NCBI GenBank assembly: GCA_963668645.2
Contig: CAXXWC010000021.1
Coordinates: 1,056,001 to 1,120,000, forward strand
DNA from: Desulfobacterales bacterium
GTDB taxonomy: Bacteria > Desulfobacterota > Desulfobacteria > Desulfobacterales > UBA2174
Reading direction: 5' to 3'
Length of the DNA stretch: 64,000 nucleotides
Of the stretch, positions 8,927-19,924 are shown one piece after another. How positions within the stretch are numbered: position 1 is the stretch's first letter; every line of letters starts with the position of its first letter. The position numbers were made by a program, and so were the translations under genes. The notes under the pieces are model-generated. The model did no database searches. It saw only the letters and a list, made by a program, of their open reading frames with translations, and was not told the origin of the DNA.

Positions 8927-10285
8927 TCAGGCGGCATCGGCCTGGCGAAACGGTGCGAACTGCCACACCGGGCTGGTCACCGAGGTGTGCAGCTCGCGGG
9001 TGAAATGGAGCATGCCGGCAAAACCGGCCAGGGGGATCTTGCGCTCGTGGTTGTGGTCGCAAAAGCCGATCCCGAGCTTGAAGGCGATGGGCCGTTCCTT
9101 GACGCCGCCGATGAAGACATCGGCCTGTTTTTCGATGATGTACTTGGAAAGCTCCAGGGGGTTGGCGTCGTCGAGGATCACCGTCCCCTCCTCGCACATC
9201 TCACGCAGGACCCGGTAGTCCTCCTCGCCACCCGTCTGGGAGCCGGCCAGGATCACCCGCATCCCAAGCAGGCGCAAGGCCTTGATCAGGGAAAAGGCCT
9301 TGAAGGCCCCGCCCACGTAAATGGCGGCCCGTTTGCCAGCAAGGTCACGGCGAAAAGCATCGAGCTGCGGGTAGACCTGGCCGATCTCGCGGCGCACGAT
9401 CTTTTTGGCCTGCTGTTTGATCCCGGGGGCGTCCGGGAAATGGTCGGCCACGTCGTAGAGGGCCTTGGCCATGTCGTCGGTGCCGAAGTAGGAAACCCGG
9501 ATATAGGGGATGCCGTATTTTTCCTTCATCATCTCGGCCAAAAAGGTCATGGCCCCGGAGCACTGCACAACGTTGAGCGCCGCCCCGTGGGCGCGGCGCA
9601 CCTCGGCTACCCGGCTGTCGCCGGTCAACACCGATACCACCTGGATCCCCATCTCCTCGTAGTAGCGGCGGATCATCCAGGCCTCGCCGCCGATGTTGAA
9701 CTCGCCGAGAATGTTGATGCTCTGGGGCGCGATCCCGGCCGTATCGCCCGTGCCCACCAGTTGGATCAGGGCGTCACAGGCCGCCTTGTAGCCGTCCTTC
9801 TTGGTCCCCTTGAAGCCTTCGGAATGGACCGGCAGGACCGGGATTCCGGTCTCGCGGGCCACCCGGCGGCAGACAGCCTCCACGTCGTCGCCGATGATGC
9901 CGACGATGCATGTGCTGTAAACGAAGGCCGCCTCGGGGCGGTAGGCGGCGATCAGTTCGCTCAGGGCCTGGTAGAGCCGCGGCTCGCCGCCGAAAATGAC
10001 CTCCTTTTCCGAAAGATCAGTGGAAAAGCTGAGCCGGTGGAGCTGGGGACCCGAGGAGAGGGACCCGCGGATGTCCCAGGTGTAGGCCGCACATCCGATG
10101 GGACCGTGGATCAGGTGCAGGGCGTCGGCGATGGGGTAGAGCACCACCCGCGAGCCGCAAAAGACACAGGCCCTCTGGCTCACCGACCCGGCCAGGCTCT
10201 GGCGGTCGCAGAGCATGTCGAAAGGCGCGTCGCCCTTGGTGTAGATCTGGCGTTGGCGTTCCTTGAGAATCGGTATGGCGGCCAT
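8927..10285 (-). CDS. nifE: FeMo-cofactor scaffold alpha subunit
   Basis: SQRACVFCGSRVVL, HGPIGCA, YSTCIVGIIGDD, LNVVQCS, DHNHER. Confidence 0.95.
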   Translation of the reverse strand: MAAIPILKERQRQIYTKGDAPFDMLCDRQSLAGSVSQRACVFCGSRVVLYPIADALHLIHGPIGCAAYTWDIRGSLSSGPQLHRLSFSTDLSEKEVIFGGEPRLYQALSELIAAYRPEAAFVYSTCIVGIIGDDVEAVCRRVARETGIPVLPVHSEGFKGTKKDGYKAACDALIQLVGTGDTAGIAPQSINILGEFNIGGEAWMIRRYYEEMGIQVVSVLTGDSRVAEVRRAHGAALNVVQCSGAMTFLAEMMKEKYGIPYIRVSYFGTDDMAKALYDVADHFPDAPGIKQQAKKIVRREIGQVYPQLDAFRRDLAGKRAAIYVGGAFKAFSLIKALRLLGMRVILAGSQTGGEEDYRVLREMCEEGTVILDDANPLELSKYIIEKQADVFIGGVKERPIAFKLGIGFCDHNHERKIPLAGFAGMLHFTRELHTSVTSPVWQFAPFRQADAA

Positions 10286-10321
10286 CTTTTCCTCCTTGGC
10301 GTCGCAACTTCCAGCAGAATG

Positions 10322-11701
10322 TCACAGCACCAGTTCCATGGTGATGTCGTCGGCGTCGCGGTCCTTGCGGTCCAGCAGGGCGTCGAGGATCCGCACCAGC
10401 AGGTGCAGAGTGCCCCGGTAGCCCACCGTGGGGATGTAGCTGTGGCCCACCCGGTCGAGGATGGGAAAACCGTGGCGTATGTAAGGAATGTCCTCGTCCT
10501 TGGCGATGTACTTGACGTAGGAATTGCCGATGAGCAGATCCACCGGCGCCTGCTTGATCCACTGGTGGAAAAGGTACATGTCACCGGGCACCTTGATCCT
10601 GGCTCCGTCGGGAACGTCCTTGACCACCTCTTTGAGCCGGGCTTCGAAGCGTTTGCCGGCCGGGGTCCCGGTCACCAGGTAGACCGGATGCATGTCGATG
10701 GAGACCAGAAACTCGGCCAAGGCCATGAGCTGGTCCGGATCGCCCACCAGGCCGACCCGTTTGCCGTAAAAATGCGGATGGGTGTCGGCGATCATATCCA
10801 CCAACTGGCCCCGTTCGAAATCGATGGACGCGGGCACCGAACGGCCGGCCATGGTCCGCAGCCGGTCGACGAAACGGTCGCTGGCATGCAGCCCGATGGG
10901 CAGACCGATGGTCTCGAAGGGAACCTTGCACTTGGCGTCCAGGGCCCGGGCCGCCGCATCGGAGGCCAGTTTTCCCATGGCCAGGGTGCCGAGGCTGCGG
11001 CCGGTCTGCTTCAGGCGGGCCACGGTGGCGCCGCCTTCGGGATACATGCGGTATTTTCCGGTCATCGGGCCGTTGAGCACCCCGGAGGTGTCCGGAAAGA
11101 CGATGGTCTCGACCTCCAGCAGGGCGGCGATACGCTTGAGTTCCGCCATGTCGGACGGTTCGACCCAGCCGGGGATCAGGTTGATGGTCTTTTCCCGGTG
11201 GCCGTTGGATTCGGCGAAATAGTCCACCAGGGCCTTGGTCATGTTGGAAAACCCGGTCACGTGCGAGCCGACGTAGCTCGGGGTGTTGGCGTGTATCACC
11301 GCCTTGCCGGGGGGGATTTTGCCGTCGGTCCGGGCCTTGTTGATGATCTGGGGGATGTCGTCGCCGATGGTCTCGGAAAGGCAGGTGGTGTGCACGGCGA
11401 TGACTTCCGGGTTGTAGACGGTAAAGATGTTGTCGATGGCCTGGAGCAGATTGGCCTGCCCCCCGAACACCGAGGCCCCTTCGGTAAACGCGCTGGTGGC
11501 GGCCATCACCGGTTCTTTGTAATGCCGGGTAAGCGCGCTGCGGTGATAGGCGTAGCACCCCTGGGAGCCGTGGCTGTGGGGCAAACAGGCGTGAACCCCC
11601 AGGGCCGCGTACATGGCGCCGATAGGCTGGCAGGTCTTGGCCGGATTGATCGTCACGGCCCGGCGTTCTTTTATTTCTTCACTGGTATGTCTTAACAGCA
11701 T
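10322..11701 (-). CDS. nifK: Nitrogenase MoFe protein beta chain
   Basis: INPAKTCQPIGA, HGSQGC, TTCLSETIGDD, TPSYVGSH, GFPILDR. Confidence 0.96.
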   Translation of the reverse strand: MLLRHTSEEIKERRAVTINPAKTCQPIGAMYAALGVHACLPHSHGSQGCYAYHRSALTRHYKEPVMAATSAFTEGASVFGGQANLLQAIDNIFTVYNPEVIAVHTTCLSETIGDDIPQIINKARTDGKIPPGKAVIHANTPSYVGSHVTGFSNMTKALVDYFAESNGHREKTINLIPGWVEPSDMAELKRIAALLEVETIVFPDTSGVLNGPMTGKYRMYPEGGATVARLKQTGRSLGTLAMGKLASDAAARALDAKCKVPFETIGLPIGLHASDRFVDRLRTMAGRSVPASIDFERGQLVDMIADTHPHFYGKRVGLVGDPDQLMALAEFLVSIDMHPVYLVTGTPAGKRFEARLKEVVKDVPDGARIKVPGDMYLFHQWIKQAPVDLLIGNSYVKYIAKDEDIPYIRHGFPILDRVGHSYIPTVGYRGTLHLLVRILDALLDRKDRDADDITMELVL

Positions 11702-11751
11702 GGCGCGTTTCTCCTTTTACAGGCTGTTGAGAAACAAGCATCAGTAGCCTG

Positions 11752-13401
11752 TCAGTCGCCCCAGGCGTAGGTCGCCGTCAGTTCCGGATGTTTTTGCCAC
11801 GGCGCCTTGAGGTATCCCCAGATCCGGCTGTTGGTCATGCGGCCGATCTCTTGGTAGAAGTTGATCGCCCCGACAAAGCCTGCATAGGGACCGCCGTAGT
11901 CATAGCTGTGAAGCTGCTTCATGGGCACCCCGTGCTTCTGGATGACGAATTTTTCCTTGATGCCGGCACAGAAAAGATCGGGCTTGAGCAAGGCCAGGAG
12001 CCGCTCGGTCTCGTGGTGACTGATGTCGTCGATCACCAGGGCCCCGTCGGTCATCTGGGGCATCATCCCTTCGTAATCGGCCATGCAGACGCCCTTGTCG
12101 GCCAGAGCCGCCATCGCCTCCTGGGACTTGCGCGGCCGGTAGCGCTCGGGATCGGGCTCCACCTCGAGCTCTTCGATGTTGCGGCTGTCCGCGTCGACCT
12201 TGATGCTGCCGAGCACGGAGCGGCCTTCGTAGTCGTCGCGGTGGGCGAACTCGTAGCCGGCCGACAACACCCGCATGCCCAGCTCCTTGAACAGCTCCTG
12301 GTAGTGGTGGGCGCGCGATCCGCCCACGTACATCATCACCCGCTTGCCTTCGGTGCGCGGGCGCACTTCGCCCAGGGCGGCCTTTACCGCCGGCATCTCT
12401 TCGGCGATGACCGTCTCGACCCGCGCCGCCAGGGCCTCGTCTTCGAAATAGGCCGCGATCTTGCGCAGCGACTTGGCCGTGGCGGCCGCCCCGATGAAGT
12501 TGACCTTAAGCCAGGGAACCCCGTATTTCTTGTCCATCATCTCGGCCACATAGTTGATGGAACGGTGGCACATCACCAGGTTGAGGTCGGCCGTGTGGGC
12601 GTTGGCAAAATCGTCGATGCTCGAATTGCCGCTGAAGGTGGACACCAGGGTGATCCCGCAGCGTTTGAAAAGGTCCTCGATGACAAAGGCGTCGCCGCCG
12701 ATGTTGTACTCTCCGAGCAGGTTGAGTTTGAACTCCCCCTCGCGAACCGTGTCGTCGGTACCGATGACGTGCTTGAAAATCTGGTTGTTGGCAATGTGAT
12801 GGCCCGCCGACTGGCTGACCCCTTTGTAGCCTTCGCAACTGAACCCGAAGATGTTGATGCCCAGCTTTTCCTTCATCTCCCGGCACACGGTGTGGACATC
12901 GTCGCCGATCAGCCCCACCGGACAAGTGGCAAAGACCGCGATGGCCTTGGGGCGGACGTTGTCGTAAATCTCCTGGATGGCCTGTTTGAGCTTTTTCTCA
13001 CCGCCGAAGATGATCTCCTGTTCCTGCATGTCGGTGGAAAAGCAGTAGGTCATGAAGTTGTGCCCGTCGGCCGTGGAGGACGGATCGGTCTGGTTGCGGC
13101 GCGTCAACCAACTGTAATAGCCGCAGCCGATGGGGCCGTGGGTGAGGTTGACGATATCCCGGGTGGGGCCGAGCACCACCCCCTTGCATCCGGCGTAGCA
13201 GCAACCGCGCTGGCCGATGAGCCCCGGCACGGTCCTCACGTTGGAGGCGATGGTGGGCACCCCGCCGCCGGGCTCCACCTTGTTGATCACGATCTGCTTG
13301 CTGCGCTTGCGGGCCACCTTGGATGGGTAGCTTGCCACCAGAGCGTCCTTAACGCGTTCGGCCTCGCCGAGGCCCTTTATCTTTTCAGCTGCTTCGGCCA
13401 T
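11752..13401 (-). CDS. nifD: Nitrogenase MoFe protein alpha chain (group II type with internal insertion)
   Basis: RGCCYAGCKGVV, HGPIGC, ATCPVGLIGDD, GVSQSAGHH, FeMoco ligands MCHRS and LHSYDY; ~50-aa insertion after FAHRDDY; RBS AAGGAGG before ATG 13401. Confidence 0.97.
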   Translation of the reverse strand: MAEAAEKIKGLGEAERVKDALVASYPSKVARKRSKQIVINKVEPGGGVPTIASNVRTVPGLIGQRGCCYAGCKGVVLGPTRDIVNLTHGPIGCGYYSWLTRRNQTDPSSTADGHNFMTYCFSTDMQEQEIIFGGEKKLKQAIQEIYDNVRPKAIAVFATCPVGLIGDDVHTVCREMKEKLGINIFGFSCEGYKGVSQSAGHHIANNQIFKHVIGTDDTVREGEFKLNLLGEYNIGGDAFVIEDLFKRCGITLVSTFSGNSSIDDFANAHTADLNLVMCHRSINYVAEMMDKKYGVPWLKVNFIGAAATAKSLRKIAAYFEDEALAARVETVIAEEMPAVKAALGEVRPRTEGKRVMMYVGGSRAHHYQELFKELGMRVLSAGYEFAHRDDYEGRSVLGSIKVDADSRNIEELEVEPDPERYRPRKSQEAMAALADKGVCMADYEGMMPQMTDGALVIDDISHHETERLLALLKPDLFCAGIKEKFVIQKHGVPMKQLHSYDYGGPYAGFVGAINFYQEIGRMTNSRIWGYLKAPWQKHPELTATYAWGD

Positions 13402-13438
13402 GGTTGGTTCCTCCTTGCAGATCTTGGCGCGGTCCCGT

Positions 13439-13822
13439 TCACGAGATCTCGTCCAGGGCGTCGTCGCCGCTTTCACCGGTGCGCACCCGCACCGCGTCGT
13501 AAACCGGCAGCACAAAGATCATGCCATCGCCCGATTTGCCGGTGCGGTTGACCCGGATGATCGTTTTAACGGTGCACTCCACCATTTCATCGGGCACCAC
13601 CATGATCATGGCGCGTTTGGGCACCAGGCGCTGGCTGGAACCGAGCTGTTCAATGGCTTCCTCGTAGCCGCGTTCGGCCCCCTTGAGCAGATGCAGGTCG
13701 ACCAGTCCCTTGCCGCGGCCCAGGGCGTCGCGCGCCGTAATCGACGAGATTCCCGCATCGCCCAGGGCTTTTTTGGTCTTGTTCATCATATTGAGCCGTA
13801 CGATGGCCATGACCTCTTTCAT
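13439..13822 (-). CDS. nifI2: PII-family nitrogenase regulator NifI2
   Basis: MKEVMAIVR.N..NKTKKAL, GRGKG, long T-loop, GDG.IFV; second PII gene between nifH and nifD. Confidence 0.9.
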   Translation of the reverse strand: MKEVMAIVRLNMMNKTKKALGDAGISSITARDALGRGKGLVDLHLLKGAERGYEEAIEQLGSSQRLVPKRAMIMVVPDEMVECTVKTIIRVNRTGKSGDGMIFVLPVYDAVRVRTGESGDDALDEIS

Positions 13823-14175
13823 AGCTTGACCTCCTCGGTGGTGCCGTCGGCGTTTTCCTTGATCCCCGAACTGATGGTGTACGCCTCGAGCACCGGCAGA
13901 ACAAAGATCTTGCCGTCCCCAAAAACCCCTTTTTCACCGGTTCGAGCCGCCTTGATGATCGCCTCGACCACGTAGTCCTTGTCCTGGTCCCTGATCACGG
14001 TCAGCAGCATCTCCTTGGGGATTTCGTCGTAGGTGACCTCGCCGATCTTGATGCCGCGCTGCTTGCCGCGGCCAACCACCGACATCTTGGTCACACCGGG
14101 AAATCCGGCGCTCATCAGGGCCGCCAGGACGCTGTCGACCTTTTCGGGCCGCACGATGGATCGGATCATGAGCAT
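13819..14175 (-). CDS. nifI1: PII-family nitrogenase regulator NifI1
   Basis: IVRPEKV, VGRGKQRG.K.G...YDEIPK, GDGKIFV; first PII gene after nifH; ATGA overlap with nifI2. Confidence 0.9.
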   Translation of the reverse strand: MLMIRSIVRPEKVDSVLAALMSAGFPGVTKMSVVGRGKQRGIKIGEVTYDEIPKEMLLTVIRDQDKDYVVEAIIKAARTGEKGVFGDGKIFVLPVLEAYTISSGIKENADGTTEEVKL

Positions 14176-14221
14176 ATGGCTTCTCCTTTCTTGCCTGCGG
14201 CGGGATGCCTCCCCGCCCGGT

Positions 14222-15067
<846 letters not shown>

Positions 15068-15096
15068 TCACCGCGCTTGCGATGTTACCCCCTTTT

Positions 15097-15112
15097 TACA
15101 AGCCCCGTGCCA
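15097..15112 (-). promoter_or_regulatory. Sigma54 (-24/-12) promoter of nifH
   Basis: Minus strand TGGCACGGGGCTTGTA; matches TGGCAC-N5-TTGC except GT at -12; ~50 bp before the nifH ATG. Confidence 0.75.
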
Positions 15113-15224
15113 GAACCCAAAAAGTCTGCTGTTTTTTTATATCTGATTGGTTTAGCTATATTTTTACAAATCCCAGCCAACCCGGTGCGACGTTTGATGG
15201 AATCGGGGATCTACACACACCGGC

Positions 15225-15254
15225 GACATTATTGTAGACGCCTACAAGAATGTC
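15225..15254. promoter_or_regulatory. Candidate NifA upstream activator site (30-bp dyad)
   Basis: GACATTATTGTAG-acgc-CTACAAGAATGTC, 12 of 13 arm positions complementary, ~115-140 bp upstream of the sigma54 site. Confidence 0.65.
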
Positions 15255-15393
15255 CTGACTTTAGTGGGTATAAAAATGACGACCGGCGCTGCGCATGAAC
15301 GGTGGCCGGTCGCTAAAAATTGGGAAACGGGGCGCTTGGACGCCGGCAGGCCCAGCCCGACAAGGATCGGGGCCTGTCCGCACACGACGGGAT

Positions 15394-16917
15394 TCAGATG
15401 CACCGCAAATCGATGTTGTATTTCTTGATGCGATAGCCGAGTTGGCGGGGTGTGATGCCCAGAGCCACGCTGGCCCGCTGCTGGACCCTGGCGTTGTCCT
15501 GCAGGGCACGGATGATGCGCTCGCGTTCCAGGGCCTGGACCTCTTCGGGCAGCTTGTTGTCGCCGCCGATCCCGGGACGCTCGGTGACCGGCCCGGCGAC
15601 GATGTTCTTGGGAAGATCAAAACCTCCGATCACCTCGCGTTCGGTCATGATCACCAGCCGTTCGACGGTGTTGGCCAGTTCGCGCACATTGCCCGGCCAG
15701 CCGTAGCCGGTCAGGGTCGCCACGGCCGTCTTGTCCAGAGTGACCCGGCGCTGGTAAGCGGCGTTGTACTTGTTCAGGTAATGGTCGAGCAGCAACGGGA
15801 TATCCACCGCCCGGTCGCGCAAGGGGGGCAGGACGATGGGCACCACGTTGAGCCGCCAGTAGAGGTCTTCGCGGAAACGGCCGGCGGCCACCTCGTCGTG
15901 CAGGTTGCGGTTGGTGGCCGCCACGACACGCACGTCGACACTGATGGAGGCGGCCGACCCGATGCGCTCGAAATTGCGCTCCTGAAGAACGCGCAGCAGC
16001 TTGACTTGCAGGTTGAGCGGCAATTCGCCGATCTCATCGAGAAACAGGGTGCCGCCGTCGGCCATCTCGAAACGGCCGATACGCCGTTCGGTGGCACCGG
16101 TATAGGCCCCTTTTTCCACGCCGAACAGCTCGGCCTCGATGAGGTTTTCCGGCAGGGCCGCCAGGTTGATGGCCACAAAGGATTTTTTGGCCCGGCGGCT
16201 CTGATAGTGGAGGGTTTGGGCGATGAGCTCCTTGCCTGTGCCGCTTTCGCCCAACAGCAGCACCGTGGTGTCGGTGGGTGCCACCTTGAGCACACTCTTG
16301 ATGACGAGCTGAAAGGGGGTCGATTCGCCGATGATGTTGGGCAGGCTGTACTTTTGCTCCAGGCGAGAACGCAACTCGCCACACTCCTGCAGGGTCTGGC
16401 GGTGATGGTCCCATAGCCTGACGAACTGCGATATGAGCGATGCCACGATGTGCAACACCCGCAGATCGTCATCGACGCTGCCGCGCTCTTCGCTGTAAAT
16501 GCGGTCCACGCTGATGGCCCCGAAGCTCTTCGAATCAAGGCTAATGGGCACGCATATGAAGCTGATGCCGCTTTTCTGGGGCCGCGAATCGGTCTTGTTG
16601 AGAAACTTGGGTTCGTCGCCGATGTTGGGGATGAACATCGGCGCCGCGCCGGCCATGACCCGCCCGACGATCCCCTCGCCGATGCGGTAGCGGCCGCGCT
16701 TGATCTCCTGGGTCGTCAGCCCGTGGGCCGCCACGATGCGCAAATTTTTAGAGACAGGATCGAGTAAAAATACGCAACCGCGCTGCATGTCGAGGTGATT
16801 GGCCAGGATCTGCATCGCCGCCATGAGGTTGTGCTCCAGCTCAAAGGAGCTTGTCAGCACCCGACTGACTTCCAGGATGGCGGTCAGTTCGTTGTTTTTT
16901 CTCAGCAGTGCATCCAT
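15394..16917 (-). CDS. nifA: Nif-specific sigma54 enhancer-binding activator (GAF-AAA+-HTH)
   Basis: N-terminal GAF (GRY.IGEGIVG, SFICVPI), [51 protein letters not shown] typical of NifA; adjacent to nifH. Confidence 0.88.
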   Translation of the reverse strand: MDALLRKNNELTAILEVSRVLTSSFELEHNLMAAMQILANHLDMQRGCVFLLDPVSKNLRIVAAHGLTTQEIKRGRYRIGEGIVGRVMAGAAPMFIPNIGDEPKFLNKTDSRPQKSGISFICVPISLDSKSFGAISVDRIYSEERGSVDDDLRVLHIVASLISQFVRLWDHHRQTLQECGELRSRLEQKYSLPNIIGESTPFQLVIKSVLKVAPTDTTVLLLGESGTGKELIAQTLHYQSRRAKKSFVAINLAALPENLIEAELFGVEKGAYTGATERRIGRFEMADGGTLFLDEIGELPLNLQVKLLRVLQERNFERIGSAASISVDVRVVAATNRNLHDEVAAGRFREDLYWRLNVVPIVLPPLRDRAVDIPLLLDHYLNKYNAAYQRRVTLDKTAVATLTGYGWPGNVRELANTVERLVIMTEREVIGGFDLPKNIVAGPVTERPGIGGDNKLPEEVQALERERIIRALQDNARVQQRASVALGITPRQLGYRIKKYNIDLRCI

Positions 16918-17021
16918 GTGCGGCTGTTTTGCACCTTTCGCCGGCAATCAAGATTTCCGTCGCCCGCAAACAAAACGGCGGCGAACTGTCCCTCTGCCCG
17001 AAGCGACTGCCGGATAGATAA

Positions 17022-17037
17022 CGCAAAGTACATGCCA
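17022..17037 (-). promoter_or_regulatory. Sigma54 promoter upstream of nifA
   Basis: Minus strand TGGCATGTACTTTGCG = TGGCAY-N5-TTGC, followed upstream by an AT-rich tract (17100-17220). Confidence 0.7.
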
Positions 17038-17350
17038 GTTATCCCACAGAGGTTCCGAGGGGTTCGAAACGGCGGGGAAAAGGCACTCCATCAGCTTGTA
17101 TATTAAGGTAAATCCGGCCTATGAAAAAGGATCCGGACAGGACTTGGACCGCAAGATATTAAATTACATTTTCGAAATTTACAGCAAATTACGATACCTT
17201 ATTGTCATATATTTATATCAATCCCCACCAGGCAAAAGATCCCGGGCAGGACGTCTAACAGGTCGAGAATTGGCAGGCACGACCGAATTCGAAAAAGTCA
17301 GGATTTTTTTTTGCGAAATGGGGACGGTATGCGGTGTGAATATGATGCGC

Positions 17351-17390
17351 AATGCCCAATGGCCATCGAGACTTGGTCATCGGGCATTTT
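17351..17390. terminator. Hairpin just past the stop of the gate-domain membrane gene
   Basis: AATGCCCAATGGCCA-N8-TGGTCATCGGGCATT inverted repeat (13/15). Confidence 0.45.
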
Positions 17391-17393
17391 CGT

Positions 17394-18356
17394 TCAGGTG
17401 CGGTGCCTGGCCGGCTGGGACGCGTGCCGCCGCCGCAGAAAAAGGAGAAGGTCGTAGACCCGCACGGCCGCCATGGCCGCCACCAGGCGGGGGATCAAAA
17501 GCCAAAAGATGCCGATCCCAAGGGGCAAAAACATGACCGGATCCTCGATCATGGAATGGTTGATGCCGATGGACAGATGCAGTCGTTTCAGGTCGCGGGG
17601 ATCGAAATTCCCGTTGCGCACCTCCTCGACGATCACCGCGGCGCCGTACAGGATCCCGAACATCATGGCCGAAAGCCACAGCACGGCGACCTGGGGTTTG
17701 AGCCCCAGCAAAACCAGCAGCGGCCGCAAACCGCCGACCAGGTGGCGGATCAGATCGAAGCGGCGCATCCAGGCCAGACTGATCATGATCGCCATCACGA
17801 TCAAAAAAATCTTGACCGCCAACCAAACCATGGCGGTGGCCCAGTCAAGCAGCATGATGTCCAGGGAGGGGCGGCCCGCGGCCGCCACCGCCGGCATGGC
17901 CGCCATTACCGGCCCGTCCTTCAGCAAAAACCACCCGGAAACCAGCACGGTCAAAAAACCCGCGACGAGACGCACCAGGGCAGACATGCCGAGGCTAAAG
18001 CCGGCCTTGGCCTGGATGATCCCCTCCTGGATCAACATATGGGCGATCAGCACGAAAATCGCCACCAGCGTCATTTCGGCCTGGGTCAAGGGGAGCACCG
18101 CCATGGCGGCCACCGCGGCATAGACCCCGGCCAGAGTCCCCAAAACCATGGGCAGGGCCGCAGCGGCCGGCAGTCCCAGCAGATGCGTCACCGGGAAGAG
18201 CAGGCCGTCAAGGCGGCCCAGCACTCCGCTGTACTCGAAAAAAGCCGTGAGCAGGGAAATGGGCACGATGAGCTTGAGAACCCACAGAAAGCTCTGCCAC
18301 CCCTTGTGCAACCCTTCTTCAAGACCCAGCTTCAGTTCGTTCGTTACCTTGTTCAT
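17394..18356 (-). CDS. Membrane protein with two nucleoside-recognition (gate) domains
   Basis: Two hydrophobic repeats (L.P...LLGLP, G.YAA..A, H....E / GILYGAAVI.EE, NHSMIED). Confidence 0.7.
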   Translation of the reverse strand: MNKVTNELKLGLEEGLHKGWQSFLWVLKLIVPISLLTAFFEYSGVLGRLDGLLFPVTHLLGLPAAAALPMVLGTLAGVYAAVAAMAVLPLTQAEMTLVAIFVLIAHMLIQEGIIQAKAGFSLGMSALVRLVAGFLTVLVSGWFLLKDGPVMAAMPAVAAAGRPSLDIMLLDWATAMVWLAVKIFLIVMAIMISLAWMRRFDLIRHLVGGLRPLLVLLGLKPQVAVLWLSAMMFGILYGAAVIVEEVRNGNFDPRDLKRLHLSIGINHSMIEDPVMFLPLGIGIFWLLIPRLVAAMAAVRVYDLLLFLRRRHASQPARHRT

Positions 18357-18538
18357 CCATTCATCCGGCGCCCGGGAAACGGGCGCTTCGCCGTTTAAAG
18401 TGCACAACAGTGTTCCTCGACGCCCGGCTCAAGTCCACGCCGCCGTCATTCCCCTGCAGGGAATTTCGGCCGCTGTCTAAATCAATTCAAGAACCAAAGC
18501 AAGCACCGTTGTAAAGACCGGTCGGGCGCGGACGCGAT

Positions 18539-19825
18539 TCAGCCGCCGTTTCGGCACCCCATCAGGTCGTACAGGAGGCCGATTAGCTTGTGCTCCAGAA
18601 CATCGTAGGAATAGAAGCGGGCCGCCACGGCGTAGTTGTGTTCGACCATGCGCCGGGCGGCTTCGGGATCGGCCAGGATTCGGCGGGTATGGTCCACGGC
18701 CGCCTGGGTGACGTAGCCGTCAATTTCGATCACCTCGAAGCCCTTGGGTTTGATATCCGTGGCATAGATCGAGTAGTTGTTCACCACGATGGGTCGCTTG
18801 AAGTAGATCGCCTCGAGAAAGGCGTTGCCGAATCCCTCGAAGTTGGACGGATAGGTCACCAGATCCGCGTGCGGATAGATATCTTCCAAGGTGTAGATCT
18901 TGCGGCCGTCGGCCGTGCGCCCCCGCTTTTCATTAATGATCTGGGAGACGAAAAGGGTGTTTACTCCGAGCAGGCGTGAATACTCGTGCAGGCGCTGCTC
19001 GTAGTCGGGCCCCTCGTCCCCGGACGCATGCGAAACCACCAGGCGGGCCTTCAATCCGAGGCGGCTTACCAGTTCGATGGCATGTTCGATCCCCTTGCGC
19101 TTGACCACCCGGGTGGGCTGAAGGATCAGCAGTTCGTCAGGCTCCAGCCCCAGGGCACTGCGTACATCGGCGGCGTAAGCATCCATGGACGGCGGATGCT
19201 TGAAATCCATCACGTTTGGAATGATAGTGGCCGAAATCCCGGTGCGCAGGCTGAGCTGGTTGTCCGCCGAAGAGTTGATCACCACGTGTTGGATCGATGG
19301 CAGATGGGGCGGGAAGGCCATGTTAAGGTACTCCCAGACCGCGTTGGTCATGAAGCGCTGGCGCTCCCAGAAAAAATCGTGATGATGGGCGATGGTGGGA
19401 ATCCCGGTCTCGCTGATGACCTCTGTCAGGGCCAGACCGAGAGGCAGATTCAGGGGAATGGTCAAGGCGTTTTCCGTCAAGAGCAGATTGATGTGAAAGC
19501 GTTCGAGGAATCGGTAGATCTCGTCTTTAAGGTATGACGTGACCTGCCGGATCTGTTGTGTCACGGAGCGCGCCCGGGTACACACACCGAAACAGTTCTG
19601 GTGGATTTCGCGGATCTGCGGATGAAAGAAATGCGCTTCAGGTACCGCGTGGCTGCACTCGGCGGGCCGATCCAGCTCGCCGGCGAGGTAAAAACAGGTA
19701 TAGCCCTTGTTCTCCAGGACCGAGGCCCATTTTTCAGTTTCCAGCGAAACCCCGTCCGTACCGGCCAGGCGGGTCGAGACAATACCGACGTTGTGGGCTT
19801 TACCGCAGATCCGGCATCGCGTCAT
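18539..19825 (-). CDS. Glycosyltransferase family 4 (mannosylglucosylglycerate-synthase-like)
   Basis: R.AGTDGVSLE..KW, HHHDFFWER, QPTRVV.RKGIE, YPS.FEGFGNAFLEA (Ex7E). Confidence 0.8.
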   Translation of the reverse strand: MTRCRICGKAHNVGIVSTRLAGTDGVSLETEKWASVLENKGYTCFYLAGELDRPAECSHAVPEAHFFHPQIREIHQNCFGVCTRARSVTQQIRQVTSYLKDEIYRFLERFHINLLLTENALTIPLNLPLGLALTEVISETGIPTIAHHHDFFWERQRFMTNAVWEYLNMAFPPHLPSIQHVVINSSADNQLSLRTGISATIIPNVMDFKHPPSMDAYAADVRSALGLEPDELLILQPTRVVKRKGIEHAIELVSRLGLKARLVVSHASGDEGPDYEQRLHEYSRLLGVNTLFVSQIINEKRGRTADGRKIYTLEDIYPHADLVTYPSNFEGFGNAFLEAIYFKRPIVVNNYSIYATDIKPKGFEVIEIDGYVTQAAVDHTRRILADPEAARRMVEHNYAVAARFYSYDVLEHKLIGLLYDLMGCRNGG

Positions 19826-19924
19826 GGCAGTTCCTTTCTCGCATCGAATCAAATTGGAAAACCCCGGCCTGGGCCTCTTCGGGGCCCATCCGCCGGCCCC
19901 AATGCCTCGAAACCATACAGGCGA

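Noticed and set aside
11752..13401. Alternative (V/Fe) nitrogenase or Nif-like group IV enzyme
   Set aside because: No G subunit gene between D and K; Mo-type residues, nifEN and modABC are present.
8918..13551. Very long plus-strand ORFs (925 aa at 8918-11695, 587 aa at 11788-13551) and similar ones opposite nifB, nifA, carB and the hydrogenase genes
   Set aside because: Antisense shadows of GC-rich genes with clear identities; no recognisable motifs.
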